A DNA stretch of 64,000 bases from Caldilineales bacterium (GCA_019695115.1 JAIBAP010000013.1:36179-100178), one strand, 5' to 3'; numbered from the stretch's first letter, positions 1-9,374 are shown. Made by a program: numbers and translations. The notes: generated by a model not told the origin, from the letters alone.

Positions 1-2
1 AG

Positions 3-1349
3 TTGCAGCCTGACGCCGGGCATATTGTCTTCCGGGGCGAGAAGCGCGCCATCCCCAACCCGTTCGTCTCGCAGCAGATGGGCATCAGCGTCGTCTATCA
101 GGAACTGGCGCTGTGCCCCAACCTGAGCATCGCCGAAAACGTCTCGCTGAGCCGGGTGGCCGCGGCCCGCGGCCTGAGCTTCCTCAACCGGCGGGAGTTC
201 AACACCCGCGCCCGCGAGGCCCTGGCCAGCCTGGGCCTGGAGAAGGTCAATCTCGGCCAGCCGGTGGGGCAACTCACGGTGGCGCAACAACAACTGGTCG
301 AGATCGCCAAAGCGATTTCGGGCCAGGCGCGGCTGCTCATCCTCGACGAACCCAACTCGGCCCTGACGCAGGACGAGACCACCCACCTGTTCACCGTTCT
401 CCGGCGGCTGCGGGCGACCGGCGTGGGCATCGTCTACGTCTCGCACCGGCTGGAGGAGGTGCTGAGTCTGGCCGACCGCATCACCGTCCTGCGCGATGGC
501 AAGCTGATCGAGACGATGCCCGCAGCCGGGGCCACGATCGACGGGCTGATCACGCGCATGGTGGGGCGAGAGATCGACAGCCTCTATCATCGCACGACTG
601 CCGCCAGCATGCGCCCCGAGCTGGTCTTCGAGGTCAAGAACCTGTCGAGCGGCGCCGCCCTGCAAGCCGTATCGTTTGGCATCCATGCCGGCGAGATCGT
701 GGGGGTGGCCGGGCTACCCGACGCCGGCAAGGATGAACTGGTGGCTTGCTGCTTCGGCTTGCGACCCCACATCGGCGAGATTCTGGTCAAAGGACGCCCC
801 ATCGCCCTCCGATCACCCGGCGTGGCGATCGCGAACGGTCTGGCTTTCGTCCCCGCCGACCGTCGCACCTCCGGCGCCCTGCTGGTGATGAGTGTGCAGG
901 ACAACGTCTCGGCGTCCAACCTCGAAGCCGTGAGCACGGCCGGATTTCTGAACCGCGCCGCCATGCGCGCCGTCGGGCAGGAGTATGTCGACAAGCTGGA
1001 TGTTCGCATCGCCAGCTTGGGCCAACAAATGGCCACGCTCAGCGGCGGCAATCAGCAGAAAGTCATCGTTGGCCGGGGCATGGCCACCCGACCCTCGGTG
1101 CTGATCCTGCACGAGCCGACGCGCGGTATCGATGTGGGCGCCAAGGCCGAAATTTATGGCATCCTCCAAGACCTGGCCCGGGAGGGCGTGGGCTTGCTGG
1201 TGGTCTCGTCCGAGCTGCCAGAGCTGATCGGTCAGTGCGACCGCATTCTCGTCCTCTACGCCGGGCGCATCACCGGCGAATTCACCCGCGCTGGCGCCTC
1301 GGAGGAGGCGATCCTGGCCTGCGCCATGGGCCAGGCAACACACTTGTGA
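3..1349 (+). CDS. sugar (ribose/monosaccharide-type) ABC transporter ATP-binding protein, tandem-NBD type; 5' end outside window
   Basis: The ORF runs in from the window edge. It has Walker B/D-loops LLILDEPNSAL and VLILHEPTRGID and the ABC signature LSGGNQQKV. It is followed by rbsK and rbsD. Confidence 0.85.
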   Translation: MQPDAGHIVFRGEKRAIPNPFVSQQMGISVVYQELALCPNLSIAENVSLSRVAAARGLSFLNRREFNTRAREALASLGLEKVNLGQPVGQLTVAQQQLVEIAKAISGQARLLILDEPNSALTQDETTHLFTVLRRLRATGVGIVYVSHRLEEVLSLADRITVLRDGKLIETMPAAGATIDGLITRMVGREIDSLYHRTTAASMRPELVFEVKNLSSGAALQAVSFGIHAGEIVGVAGLPDAGKDELVACCFGLRPHIGEILVKGRPIALRSPGVAIANGLAFVPADRRTSGALLVMSVQDNVSASNLEAVSTAGFLNRAAMRAVGQEYVDKLDVRIASLGQQMATLSGGNQQKVIVGRGMATRPSVLILHEPTRGIDVGAKAEIYGILQDLAREGVGLLVVSSELPELIGQCDRILVLYAGRITGEFTRAGASEEAILACAMGQATHL

Positions 1350-1424
1350 TTGCGAAGTGCGGATTGCGAACTACGAATTGGCTATGATCGATGGCTGGTC
1401 GAAGAGATGAAGATCGGTTCTGAA

Positions 1425-1512
1425 ACGTGGTGCGTGTTGCGTGGTGCGTGGTGCGTGAAAATTGCCGACATCTTCTCACGCTTCACGTTTCACGTCTCAC
1501 GTTTCACGTTTT
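1425..1512. repeat. inverted arrays of CACG-core heptamers (GTGCGTG-type left arm, TCACGTT-type right arm) around a ~14-nt spacer, ending in TTTT
   Basis: Read directly: acgtggtgcgtgttgcgtggtgcgtggtgcgtgaaaa ... tctcacgcttcacgtttcacgtctcacgtttcacgtttt. It lies between the ABC ATPase stop and rbsK. Confidence 0.8.
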
Positions 1513-1627
1513 GAAGTCTTCATAGCGAACAATTTTGCGATCAACAGCTCGTATCATGTAGCCAATCTGTATTTGCATGCTACGGAATACGTAACACGAA
1601 ACACGCATTCAAGCGGAGATCGAGACC

Positions 1628-2557
1628 ATGACTCAACCTATCATTACGGTTGTCGGCAGTTTTGCTGTGGGTATGACCCTGCGCACGACGCGTATGCCAC
1701 TGTTCGGTGAGACGCTGATCGGCGCCGATTTTGACATGGGGCCGGGCGGCAAGGGCTCCAATCAGGCCGTGGGGACAGCGCGGCTGGGCGCGCGTTCGTA
1801 CTTCGCCGGCATCATTGGCGACGACAAGCTGGGCGAGATCGCCAGCGATCTGTACGCCGCCGAGGGAGTCGATACGACCTATCTGCACAAGACTACGAAG
1901 ATGGCGACCGGCGTCGGCTTCATCATCCTCAACGAGCGCGGCGAGAACGGCATCATTCTGGATATGGGCGCCAACAAGCTGATGGACGCTGCCTTCGTCG
2001 ATCAGGTCGAGGCGCAGATTGCCCGCAGCGATGTGGTGATGTCGGTGCTCGAATTACCGGCAGCGGCGGCGGCGCGGGCGATGGCCCTGGGCCGGAAGCA
2101 CGGCGTGCGCACCATCCTCAATCCCGCTCCGGCCACCCGCCTCGATGACGCGGTGCTGGCGACGGTCGACTACCTGACCCCCAACGAAACCGAACTGCGT
2201 ATTTTGCTAGGGCTGGACCCTGGCGATCCCACGCCCACCATCGATCTGGCCCAGGAGATGCGCAAGCGCGGCGTGGGCAACCTGATCGTGACCATGGGCG
2301 AGAAAGGCGCCCTGGTGCTGACCGACCACGAGCAATTCACCGTCCCGCGCGTCGATGTCGAAGTCGTGGACACCACCGGCGCCGGCGATGCCTTCAACTC
2401 AGGACTGGCCGTAGCCCTGGCCGAAGGTCGCCCCCTGTTGGAGGCCGTGCGCTTTGCCAACTGCGCTGGCGCCCTGGCCTGCACCAAACTCGGCGTCATC
2501 CCCGGCCTCGCCTCCCGCGCCACCGTCGATGCGCTTCTGGCGCCAGGGCGAGACTGA
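1628..2557 (+). CDS. rbsK: ribokinase (PfkB family)
   Basis: 309 aa with PfkB motifs GPGGKGSNQAVG and VVDTTGAGDAFNSGLAVALAEG. A GGAG Shine-Dalgarno sits about 10 nt upstream. The context includes rbsD and a sugar ABC ATPase. Confidence 0.85.
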   Translation: MTQPIITVVGSFAVGMTLRTTRMPLFGETLIGADFDMGPGGKGSNQAVGTARLGARSYFAGIIGDDKLGEIASDLYAAEGVDTTYLHKTTKMATGVGFIILNERGENGIILDMGANKLMDAAFVDQVEAQIARSDVVMSVLELPAAAAARAMALGRKHGVRTILNPAPATRLDDAVLATVDYLTPNETELRILLGLDPGDPTPTIDLAQEMRKRGVGNLIVTMGEKGALVLTDHEQFTVPRVDVEVVDTTGAGDAFNSGLAVALAEGRPLLEAVRFANCAGALACTKLGVIPGLASRATVDALLAPGRD

Positions 2558-2674
2558 GAGGGAGAGACCGGGAAACCGGGAAACCCATCACCCGCCACCT
2601 GCGATCCTTCGTTTCACTCAGGACAAGCTCTGCCACCTGCGACTTACCACCCTGCCTCTCCCGGAGCCAACACC

Positions 2675-3157
2675 ATGCAACGCGGTAGATTACTAAACAA
2701 CGAACTGAGCTATGCCATCGCCTCGATGGGCCACGGCGACCTGATGATCGTCTGCGACGCCGGCTTTCCTATCCCCAGCAGCGCCTGGCGCATCGACCTG
2801 GCCCTCGTGCCAGACATGCCCGACCTGGAGACCGTGCTGACGGCCGTCGCCGAAGCCTTCATCGCCGAGAAAGTGTCCTACGCGGCGGAAATGGCTGAGA
2901 ACAACCCACCGCTGCTGGCGAAAGTGCAGCGCATCTTCGCCGATAGCAACCACGAACCCATCCCGCACACCCAAATCCTGAACGAGATGGCAGCCAAAGC
3001 CAAAGTGATCGTGCGTACGGGCGCTTTCGACCCCTGGGGCAACATCCTTCTGTATTCGGGCGTGGATGCGCCGGTCTGGTTCGCCAAGCCCGGCCTGAAG
3101 GTGCCGGAGGTGTATCGACTGCGGGTGGAGCAGATGAAGCAGACGAAGGCGGATTGA
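2675..3157 (+). CDS. rbsD: D-ribose pyranase (RbsD/FucU family)
   Basis: The N-terminus LLNNELSYAIASMGHGDLMIVCDAGFPIP matches the RbsD pattern. A GGAG lies upstream. At 160 aa it is somewhat longer than typical RbsD. Confidence 0.75.
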   Translation: MQRGRLLNNELSYAIASMGHGDLMIVCDAGFPIPSSAWRIDLALVPDMPDLETVLTAVAEAFIAEKVSYAAEMAENNPPLLAKVQRIFADSNHEPIPHTQILNEMAAKAKVIVRTGAFDPWGNILLYSGVDAPVWFAKPGLKVPEVYRLRVEQMKQTKAD

Positions 3158-3247
3158 GGACAAAAGTCTGCTCGAAGGCGATGCGCCGGCAAGCGGGTCA
3201 GGCTGGCGCGTGTGCGCGCCCATCGGGCAAAACAGCAGATCCCTCTC

Positions 3248-4471
3248 CTACCCGCACCCCCCGCCGCCGGTGGGGCCTTTCTGCTCGATCTTCACCTTGG
3301 GCGTATACTCCATCTCTTTGCCATGCTCACGCAGGCTTGAGGTGGCATGGTTGCCCCCCAGGGCGGCATCGATCACAAAGCGCAACTCCTCATCGCCGCC
3401 CGGCATCGCCTCGAAAGGCGTCTCGCTGCACAAGGCGATGAAGTTGTTCAGCCCGCCCTCCAGGATGTAGAGATTGGGGACCTCCGCCGCCGCCAGCAGC
3501 TTCCATCCCGCCGTCGCCAGCGTCTCGTCATTGCTCATCAGCACCACCACGGTGCCGTCCGGAGCCGCTTTCAGCTCAGTCGCCAGCGCCGGCAGGTCGG
3601 TCAGCGATGCACGCTCGGCGCCTTTGATGTGAAAGAGATTGTAATCGGCTTCCGGGCGCACATCGAGCATGACCAGATTGACCCGGGTGTTGAAGAAGAC
3701 ATCGCGCAATTCCGCCGGATGAATCTGCACCTGGCGGTTGTCCAGCAGCGGCTGCTTTTCGGCGGCCATGCGTTGCCACAGTTGCGCGGACGTGGGTTGG
3801 CCGATCAGCAGCACCGCCAATCCCCCCGCCACCAGCAGCGCCCAACCCGCCATCGTCTTCCTCCCCACCCCTGCCACGGCCAGCCCATCCTTCCGCCGCA
3901 TCGATTTCTCGAGCTGCTCGGCCCCCCACAGCGCCAGCACGCCGACGACCGTGACCAAAAAGACAGTGACGCCGACCGGCAGCCCCAGCAGATCGGGGAG
4001 GGTGAAGCGGCCCATGTAGGTCGATTCTAGAAAATGATCGTAGTATTTCGAGGTCTCGCCAAACAGGACGACGCCGCCCAGAATGCCGATCAGGAAGAAC
4101 CCGGCATCCTTTTTCAGCGTGGCCAGGGCGGCGATGGAGGTGCCGGGGCAGAAGCCGCCGATGATGAAGCCCACGCCCACCAGCAGCCCGCCCAGCGCGC
4201 CCGGCAGCAGATACGTCGGCGGCACCCAGATGCGGTCGAAATCCAGCCAGCCCAGGCCGGCAAAGCCATACACCAGCACCATGGCCGCCAACACCGCCGT
4301 GAACATGACCTTGAACACGGTCATATCGCGCAGATAGAACTGGGCGGTGAGCTTAGTCGAGCGGCCAAAGCCCACCGTTTCCAGGGCGACGCCAAAGCCC
4401 ATGCCGATCAGCACGTAGAGAAGATAGGTTGCGGTTTTGCCAATCGTGGCATCCAGGGGAAAGGGGCCCAT
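3248..4471 (-). CDS. YeeE/YedE (Sulf_transp) half-transporter fused to an extra TM helix, a rhodanese-like domain and a C-terminal GGGGCG tail
   Basis: It carries the conserved GGFCPGTS motif of YeeE/YedE in a multi-TM N-terminal part. The C-terminal ~160 aa have the rhodanese layout (LVMLDVRPEADYNLFHIKGA ... VVVLMSNDE ... ILEGGLNNF). The protein ends KGPTGGGGCG-stop. The start is placed at the ATG preceded by GGAGGAG; the track ORF starts 12 nt earlier at TTG. Confidence 0.8.
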   Translation of the reverse strand: MGPFPLDATIGKTATYLLYVLIGMGFGVALETVGFGRSTKLTAQFYLRDMTVFKVMFTAVLAAMVLVYGFAGLGWLDFDRIWVPPTYLLPGALGGLLVGVGFIIGGFCPGTSIAALATLKKDAGFFLIGILGGVVLFGETSKYYDHFLESTYMGRFTLPDLLGLPVGVTVFLVTVVGVLALWGAEQLEKSMRRKDGLAVAGVGRKTMAGWALLVAGGLAVLLIGQPTSAQLWQRMAAEKQPLLDNRQVQIHPAELRDVFFNTRVNLVMLDVRPEADYNLFHIKGAERASLTDLPALATELKAAPDGTVVVLMSNDETLATAGWKLLAAAEVPNLYILEGGLNNFIALCSETPFEAMPGGDEELRFVIDAALGGNHATSSLREHGKEMEYTPKVKIEQKGPTGGGGCG

Positions 4472-4507
4472 GTGCTCCTCCAAATCGAATCGAACGGGGT
4501 GAGGGTG

Positions 4508-5098
4508 TCAGTGCGGCGCCTCTGCCGGCTGCCAGAGCTTGCGCAGGACGTAGGCCAGGGCATAGCCGCCGAAGAAAAAGGCCATCAGGAAGGCCCAGCT
4601 CCCCACCGAGAGCGTGGCCCCGCCCGACAGCCCCTGCCCCGATGTGCAGCCCCTGGCCATGCGGGCGCCAAAACCAGCGATCACGCCGCCGAGCAGGGCG
4701 AAGAGCCAGCGCTGACGGTCGCTGATCTGCGGGCCGCGCACCGTCTCCCACTTGATCCGGCGGCCGCGCCAGCCCGACGCCAGGCCGCCCAGAAAGATGC
4801 CCACCGTCAGCAGCACGATCCAGTTGTCGAGCGCGTTCTTATCGCCGCCGGCATATTGCACGAGATAGGAGACGCGGTCGGCATACTGCGGCGCCGCCAG
4901 ATCGATCAGCCAGACGACCATGCGATTGAGGCCGCCGGACGCGCCCAGGCCGTTGCCGGTGAGATAGAAGGCCAGAAAAAGCACCACGCCCAGGAACAGC
5001 CCGCCGAGATAGGGGTTGGTGAAAGGTCGGGGCTGGGCCGCGGGCCTGGCCTTGGCCCGGCTCTTGGAGTCCAGTTTTGCTTGTGTGGCAGTCGTCAT
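4508..5098 (-). CDS. YeeE/YedE (Sulf_transp) family half-transporter
   Basis: A 196-aa polytopic membrane protein with GARMARGCTSGQGLSGG, the conserved Cys-containing motif of YeeE/YedE. It lies 36 nt upstream of the second half-transporter gene. Confidence 0.8.
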   Translation of the reverse strand: MTTATQAKLDSKSRAKARPAAQPRPFTNPYLGGLFLGVVLFLAFYLTGNGLGASGGLNRMVVWLIDLAAPQYADRVSYLVQYAGGDKNALDNWIVLLTVGIFLGGLASGWRGRRIKWETVRGPQISDRQRWLFALLGGVIAGFGARMARGCTSGQGLSGGATLSVGSWAFLMAFFFGGYALAYVLRKLWQPAEAPH

Positions 5099-5123
5099 GT
5101 GCAGATACCTCTCGTGAGCAGGA

Positions 5124-7820
5124 TCAAATCGTCGCCTCGTGCACTTCCACCTGATCCCAGCCGGTGATCATCCCCCGCAGGTCGGCGGTGATGGTGGCGC
5201 CGGTCGTGGTCAGATACATGTGCAAAATCAGGAACGAGACGAAGAACCAGGCGACGAGCGTGTGAATCGGAGCCAGATAGGGCAGATGCGCGGCCAGGTC
5301 GGGCCACAGGCTCACCCCGAACATGAGCAGGCCGGTGAGGATCTGCGCCGGCAGCAGCAGGTTGAGGATGGCGAAGTAGGTGAGCTGTTGCAGGGGGTTG
5401 AGCCTGCGCTTGCGCGTCTTGGCGAAGGGGTGCGGGTCGCCGCGGAAGATGCCGCGCAGATAGTAATCGATCTGCATCAGGCCCTGGCTGAAGAAGCCAT
5501 GCGGCTGCGGCAGATATTGCTTGATCTCGCCGCTGGCGAAGTGGTAGAACAACGAGAAGGCGGCATTGAGGACCAGCAGGATGGCGAGGATGTTGTGCAC
5601 CGGCACCACCAGACCGAAATCGACAGCGCCGAACTGGTCGGGGCGATGGATGACGATGCCGGTGAGGATCAGCAGGATGATGACGATGGCCTGCGTCCAA
5701 TGCCACAGCCGCTCGTAGAAGCCATACATGTACACTTCTTTCAGTTCCGGCGCCGCCGGCGGATGGCTGGCAGAGCTGTACAGGCGGTAGCCGCCGTGGA
5801 CGATGATGCCCAGCAACACCGCCAGCACCGCCCCCCAGCCCACGAAATCGACCCAGGGCAGGCGGTTGTGGCCGGGGAGATAGAGATTTTCGGCCGAGAT
5901 GTTGAGGGCATAGAGCAAGTCCCCCTCCTCGCCGGCGCCAAAATCGCCGCTGAGCGAGACGCCGGAATGACCGGCGAAGGCCGGCGTGGCCCCACCCGGC
6001 GTGTAGGGCGCCAGCGATAGGCCGGCGGCGAGGCGAGACTCGTCGCTGTGGCAGGCGTCGCAGTCGCGCGTGGCCCATTCCCCCGCCACCACATTGTGGC
6101 TGATGTTGTAGGGCGTCACCTCGCCCCGGATCTCCAGGTTCTGCAAGCCCAGAGCCTCCAGGCGGCCCCGGATCAAGGCGATCTTGAAATCGCTGTCCAG
6201 ACGCAGCTCGGTCTCGTCCAACTGCCCATCCTTGTTGGCATCGAAGGCGGCGAGGACATCGGCCTGATAGCCCTCGCCCTGCAGATAGGCCGCTTGCAAA
6301 TCCTCTTGCCGCACCGGCCGTTCCGGATCGCCCTGCACCCAATACCAGGTCGTGATCAAGTTGAAGGGCGCCAGCTTGACGCCGCCGCTCGCCTGCGCCT
6401 GTGGCAGCAGGATGGGGTCATAGCCGACCATCAGGTCGCGCGGGTTGCCGCATTCGCCCTCCACCCCGCGGTGGGTGGTGGGCGCGGTTCCTTCCAGGTT
6501 CAGCACCGTCCAATCCACCGCTGCCAGCGCCGCCGTGTACATCTTGGGAATATGGCACGATTCGCAGGCCAGGGCGTTCATATGCGTCTCGGTGTAGGGC
6601 AGCCAGGCGTGCGTGACCTTGACCTCATGACAATCGGCGCACTGCCGCATCGTGTCAGTCATTTCCGGCGCCAGGGCGTGCTGGGCGGTGTCGCCTTTGG
6701 CAAAATCGTGGCTGGGCCGGTAGAGATAGTCGCCCAGGGGCTGCCGCCGGGGGTCGTAGATCAGATATTCGGGGCGGGTGACCTCCGATTCTTTCCGATA
6801 GGCGGGGTTATTGAGCGAGAAATGGCAGTCGGTGCACTTCAGATTGCGCTCGGCGTGGATGTCCCAAGGCAGCGTCAGCCCCTCTTTCCCGGCCATGTTC
6901 AGGCCCGAATCGGAGAGGCGCTGACCCGAATAGATCTGACCGGTGCGCAGCGAACTCCAGTCGCTGGCCTTGATGTCGGCGCAGATCAGCGGGTCGTTTT
7001 CGAGATGCACGGCGCCATGACACTGCCCGCAGTTGCTCGAAGTCGCGGCCTGCACAGGCATGAACGCCGGCTGCAAGGTCCCATCCTTCTGAAAAGCCTC
7101 GGCCTGCCACACCCAGCCATCGCCCACTTTCTCCACGATCCCGGTCCCCGCCAAAATGGCTGTATTCGCCCAGCCGAATTGCCCGGCCAGCAGCGCCTGG
7201 GTGCGGGCCTCATTATCCGGCGCGGCGATGTGGCAGAGGAAGCAGTTCATTTCCACCACGCCCGAGGCCTGCCAATCCCAGGCGCTGTCGGCGCCGGTGG
7301 CGGGGTCGTGGTGGGTGGTTTCGGGGTCGCCGACGGCCGGGGCCAGCGTGGTCAGGCTGGCTCCATCCTGGCTGACGGCCGCCGGCCCGCCGCCCACGTG
7401 CCGCAGGCCATAGGTCTGGATCCAATCGGGCAGGCCCAGATCGAACAGGGCATCGCCGGCAGGGGTGAGATAGCGGTAGAGCACCGGATCCCACTTGCCG
7501 TACAGCCCCCGGCTCAGGTCCCAGGCCCGGCCATCCGACACCCGCCCGGCGGCGACGGCATGATCCTGGCCGACGGCGGCGTGATAGCTGTGGGCAGTGA
7601 TGTAGGCGGTGTCGTGGCAGCCGCCGCAGCTCTGCTCGGTGGAAACGGGTTTCCCGGAGATAAGGACGTTCACGCCCGCGGCATCGACCAGGGGGAAGGT
7701 GGGGTGCAGGGGCGAAGGGTCAGCCTGGACGCTGCCGGCGAGGGCCAGCAGCAGAGCCAGGGCCAGGCCCAAGCCGGCAAGCGCTGGCCAGCGTCGCGTC
7801 AGACGGTTGCAAGCGATCAT
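5124..7820 (-). CDS. heptaheme cytochrome c fused to a C-terminal membrane cytochrome b domain (PhsC/FdnI/HydC-like, PF01292-type)
   Basis: Signal peptide MIACNRLTRRWPALAGLGLALALLLALAGSVQA. Seven CXXCH motifs (CGGCH, CFLCH, CGQCH, CTDCH, CADCH, CESCH, CDACH). The C-terminal ~200 aa have 4-5 TM helices and conserved His (LWHWTQAIVIILLILTGIVIH, PVHNIL, FYHF, LILHMYL). The start is chosen at the ATG that forms an ATGA overlap with the upstream stop. Confidence 0.85.
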   Translation of the reverse strand: MIACNRLTRRWPALAGLGLALALLLALAGSVQADPSPLHPTFPLVDAAGVNVLISGKPVSTEQSCGGCHDTAYITAHSYHAAVGQDHAVAAGRVSDGRAWDLSRGLYGKWDPVLYRYLTPAGDALFDLGLPDWIQTYGLRHVGGGPAAVSQDGASLTTLAPAVGDPETTHHDPATGADSAWDWQASGVVEMNCFLCHIAAPDNEARTQALLAGQFGWANTAILAGTGIVEKVGDGWVWQAEAFQKDGTLQPAFMPVQAATSSNCGQCHGAVHLENDPLICADIKASDWSSLRTGQIYSGQRLSDSGLNMAGKEGLTLPWDIHAERNLKCTDCHFSLNNPAYRKESEVTRPEYLIYDPRRQPLGDYLYRPSHDFAKGDTAQHALAPEMTDTMRQCADCHEVKVTHAWLPYTETHMNALACESCHIPKMYTAALAAVDWTVLNLEGTAPTTHRGVEGECGNPRDLMVGYDPILLPQAQASGGVKLAPFNLITTWYWVQGDPERPVRQEDLQAAYLQGEGYQADVLAAFDANKDGQLDETELRLDSDFKIALIRGRLEALGLQNLEIRGEVTPYNISHNVVAGEWATRDCDACHSDESRLAAGLSLAPYTPGGATPAFAGHSGVSLSGDFGAGEEGDLLYALNISAENLYLPGHNRLPWVDFVGWGAVLAVLLGIIVHGGYRLYSSASHPPAAPELKEVYMYGFYERLWHWTQAIVIILLILTGIVIHRPDQFGAVDFGLVVPVHNILAILLVLNAAFSLFYHFASGEIKQYLPQPHGFFSQGLMQIDYYLRGIFRGDPHPFAKTRKRRLNPLQQLTYFAILNLLLPAQILTGLLMFGVSLWPDLAAHLPYLAPIHTLVAWFFVSFLILHMYLTTTGATITADLRGMITGWDQVEVHEATI

Positions 7821-9301
7821 TTCGCACCCCCTTCGCCGCCGGCGGCGCTTTGCGTAACCAGCAGGCGCTCGGCCCGGCCGCCGTAGAACATCGGATCGCC
7901 CTCGTAGCCCAACGCCCGCCAATCGAGGATGCCTTCGCCGTTCTCGACATGGCAGGTATCGCATTGCAGGGCCTGCTCTTTGGGGGCGACCATGTGCGTG
8001 ATCGGCCAATACATCTCGGTCGGGGCGAAGTCATAGTGGCCGCTGTAGGCGATGCCGTTGGCCTCTGACCCCAGCCGGGCGGCCTCGTCCCAATCGAAAT
8101 CGGTCCAATAGCCGCCTTCGCCATAGGTTTTGGGCACGAGCAGATAGTTGTACTCGCTGTCGTAAATCTGCTGGGCGTGATGGATTTTGAACGGCCAGAT
8201 GCGGGCGTTGGGGTCGTCGATGTCGCCGGTGGGGCGGTTGATGGCCGTCACCGCCTGCGGGTCGATGACATCGCCGAGAATGTAGCGCTCGGTGCCGCCA
8301 TTGTACCAGGCGTAATCGGGCACGACATTGTCTTCATAGACAAACGCACCCTTGATCTTCAAATACTCGTGCGGATCCTGCGGTAGATCCAGCCCTGCCT
8401 GCGACCAGTCCCACTCCACCTTCGTCGCCAGTTTGCGGGCGAATTCGGGGATGTGGCAGGTCTGGCAGGCCAGGGTGGAGGCATGGATGTTGATGCGGGA
8501 GTCGTCATGCGGCGTGGGCGAATGGCAGTCGGTGCAGGCGATCTGGCGAGCAGCGTCCATGCTGACCGAGATCGAGCGCCCGCCGATCTGATGGTCTGCC
8601 GTGCGGTGGCAGTCGGTGCAGACGAAATCGTGCTTGCCCATGTGTACGTCGAGATCATCGTTGGGGAAGGTAAGCGAGGTGTCCAGGTCGCCATGCTTGA
8701 CGGCATCGCCGCCGCCGCCGTTGAAATGGCAGCTGCCGCAGTTGTTGCGGGTGGGGTTGCCCACGCTCTGCGCCACCGCCGCCAGATCGACGCTCTCGGC
8801 AGGCTGGCCGCCATTCTTCTTGACATAGGTTCCGGTGGTGTCGTGACAAACCAGGCAATCGACATGGGTCATGTCGGTGAAATCGAAGGTCGCATCTTCC
8901 CAGCCGTAGCCGGCATGGCAGGCGGTGCAGGGCGGCCAGTTGGAGGTGATGCCGATGCAGAAATTGTTGAGCACGTATTTCTTGCCCCCCATCACCGGCT
9001 CGTCATGGCCGGGCAGATCATAGGGGCCGTGCTCCCAAGTGAAGTGCGACGATTGCAACATCTGCGCCCCCGCCTGGGGATGGCACTCCAGACAGGCCTG
9101 GGTAACCTCCTGCCCGCTGGCGAAGGGGCCTTGCAGCACGGTCATGGTGTGTTCGGTGTGAACAGGGTGTTTGGGGACATGCGCCCAGGGGTCATCGGCG
9201 GTGGCGGATGGTCTGGGCAGAAACAGGAACAACGCCAAAACAATCAGGGCGGCCGTGATCGCTGCCCCGATGATCCAGGAGCGTCTTTGGTATTTTCTCA
9301 T
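7817..9301 (-). CDS. membrane-anchored octaheme cytochrome c, probably octaheme tetrathionate reductase (OTR) family
   Basis: N-terminal TM anchor and eight CXXCH motifs (CLECH, CTACH, CLVCH, CGSCH, CTDCH x2, CQTCH, CDTCH). The motifs NNFCIG, CTACHAGYGW, CHFNGGGGDAVKHGD and CQTCHIPEF match my recollection of the OTR family. No HMM was run. Confidence 0.65.
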   Translation of the reverse strand: MRKYQRRSWIIGAAITAALIVLALFLFLPRPSATADDPWAHVPKHPVHTEHTMTVLQGPFASGQEVTQACLECHPQAGAQMLQSSHFTWEHGPYDLPGHDEPVMGGKKYVLNNFCIGITSNWPPCTACHAGYGWEDATFDFTDMTHVDCLVCHDTTGTYVKKNGGQPAESVDLAAVAQSVGNPTRNNCGSCHFNGGGGDAVKHGDLDTSLTFPNDDLDVHMGKHDFVCTDCHRTADHQIGGRSISVSMDAARQIACTDCHSPTPHDDSRINIHASTLACQTCHIPEFARKLATKVEWDWSQAGLDLPQDPHEYLKIKGAFVYEDNVVPDYAWYNGGTERYILGDVIDPQAVTAINRPTGDIDDPNARIWPFKIHHAQQIYDSEYNYLLVPKTYGEGGYWTDFDWDEAARLGSEANGIAYSGHYDFAPTEMYWPITHMVAPKEQALQCDTCHVENGEGILDWRALGYEGDPMFYGGRAERLLVTQSAAGGEGGAK

Positions 9302-9323
9302 GACGATCGCTCTCTTGTGGCTC

Positions 9324-9345
9324 GCGGCCTCGGCGCCGAGGCCGC
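9324..9345. promoter_or_regulatory. 22-bp perfect palindrome gcggcctcggc|gccgaggccgc between the regulator gene and the cytochrome operon
   Basis: Read directly. It lies in the 73-bp gap between the stop of the HTH-PocR gene and the start of the octaheme cytochrome gene. It could be an operator or an RNA hairpin, and no T-tract follows it. Confidence 0.5.
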
Positions 9346-9374
9346 CAACCGGGATGGGAGAATGGCTTATGTGC

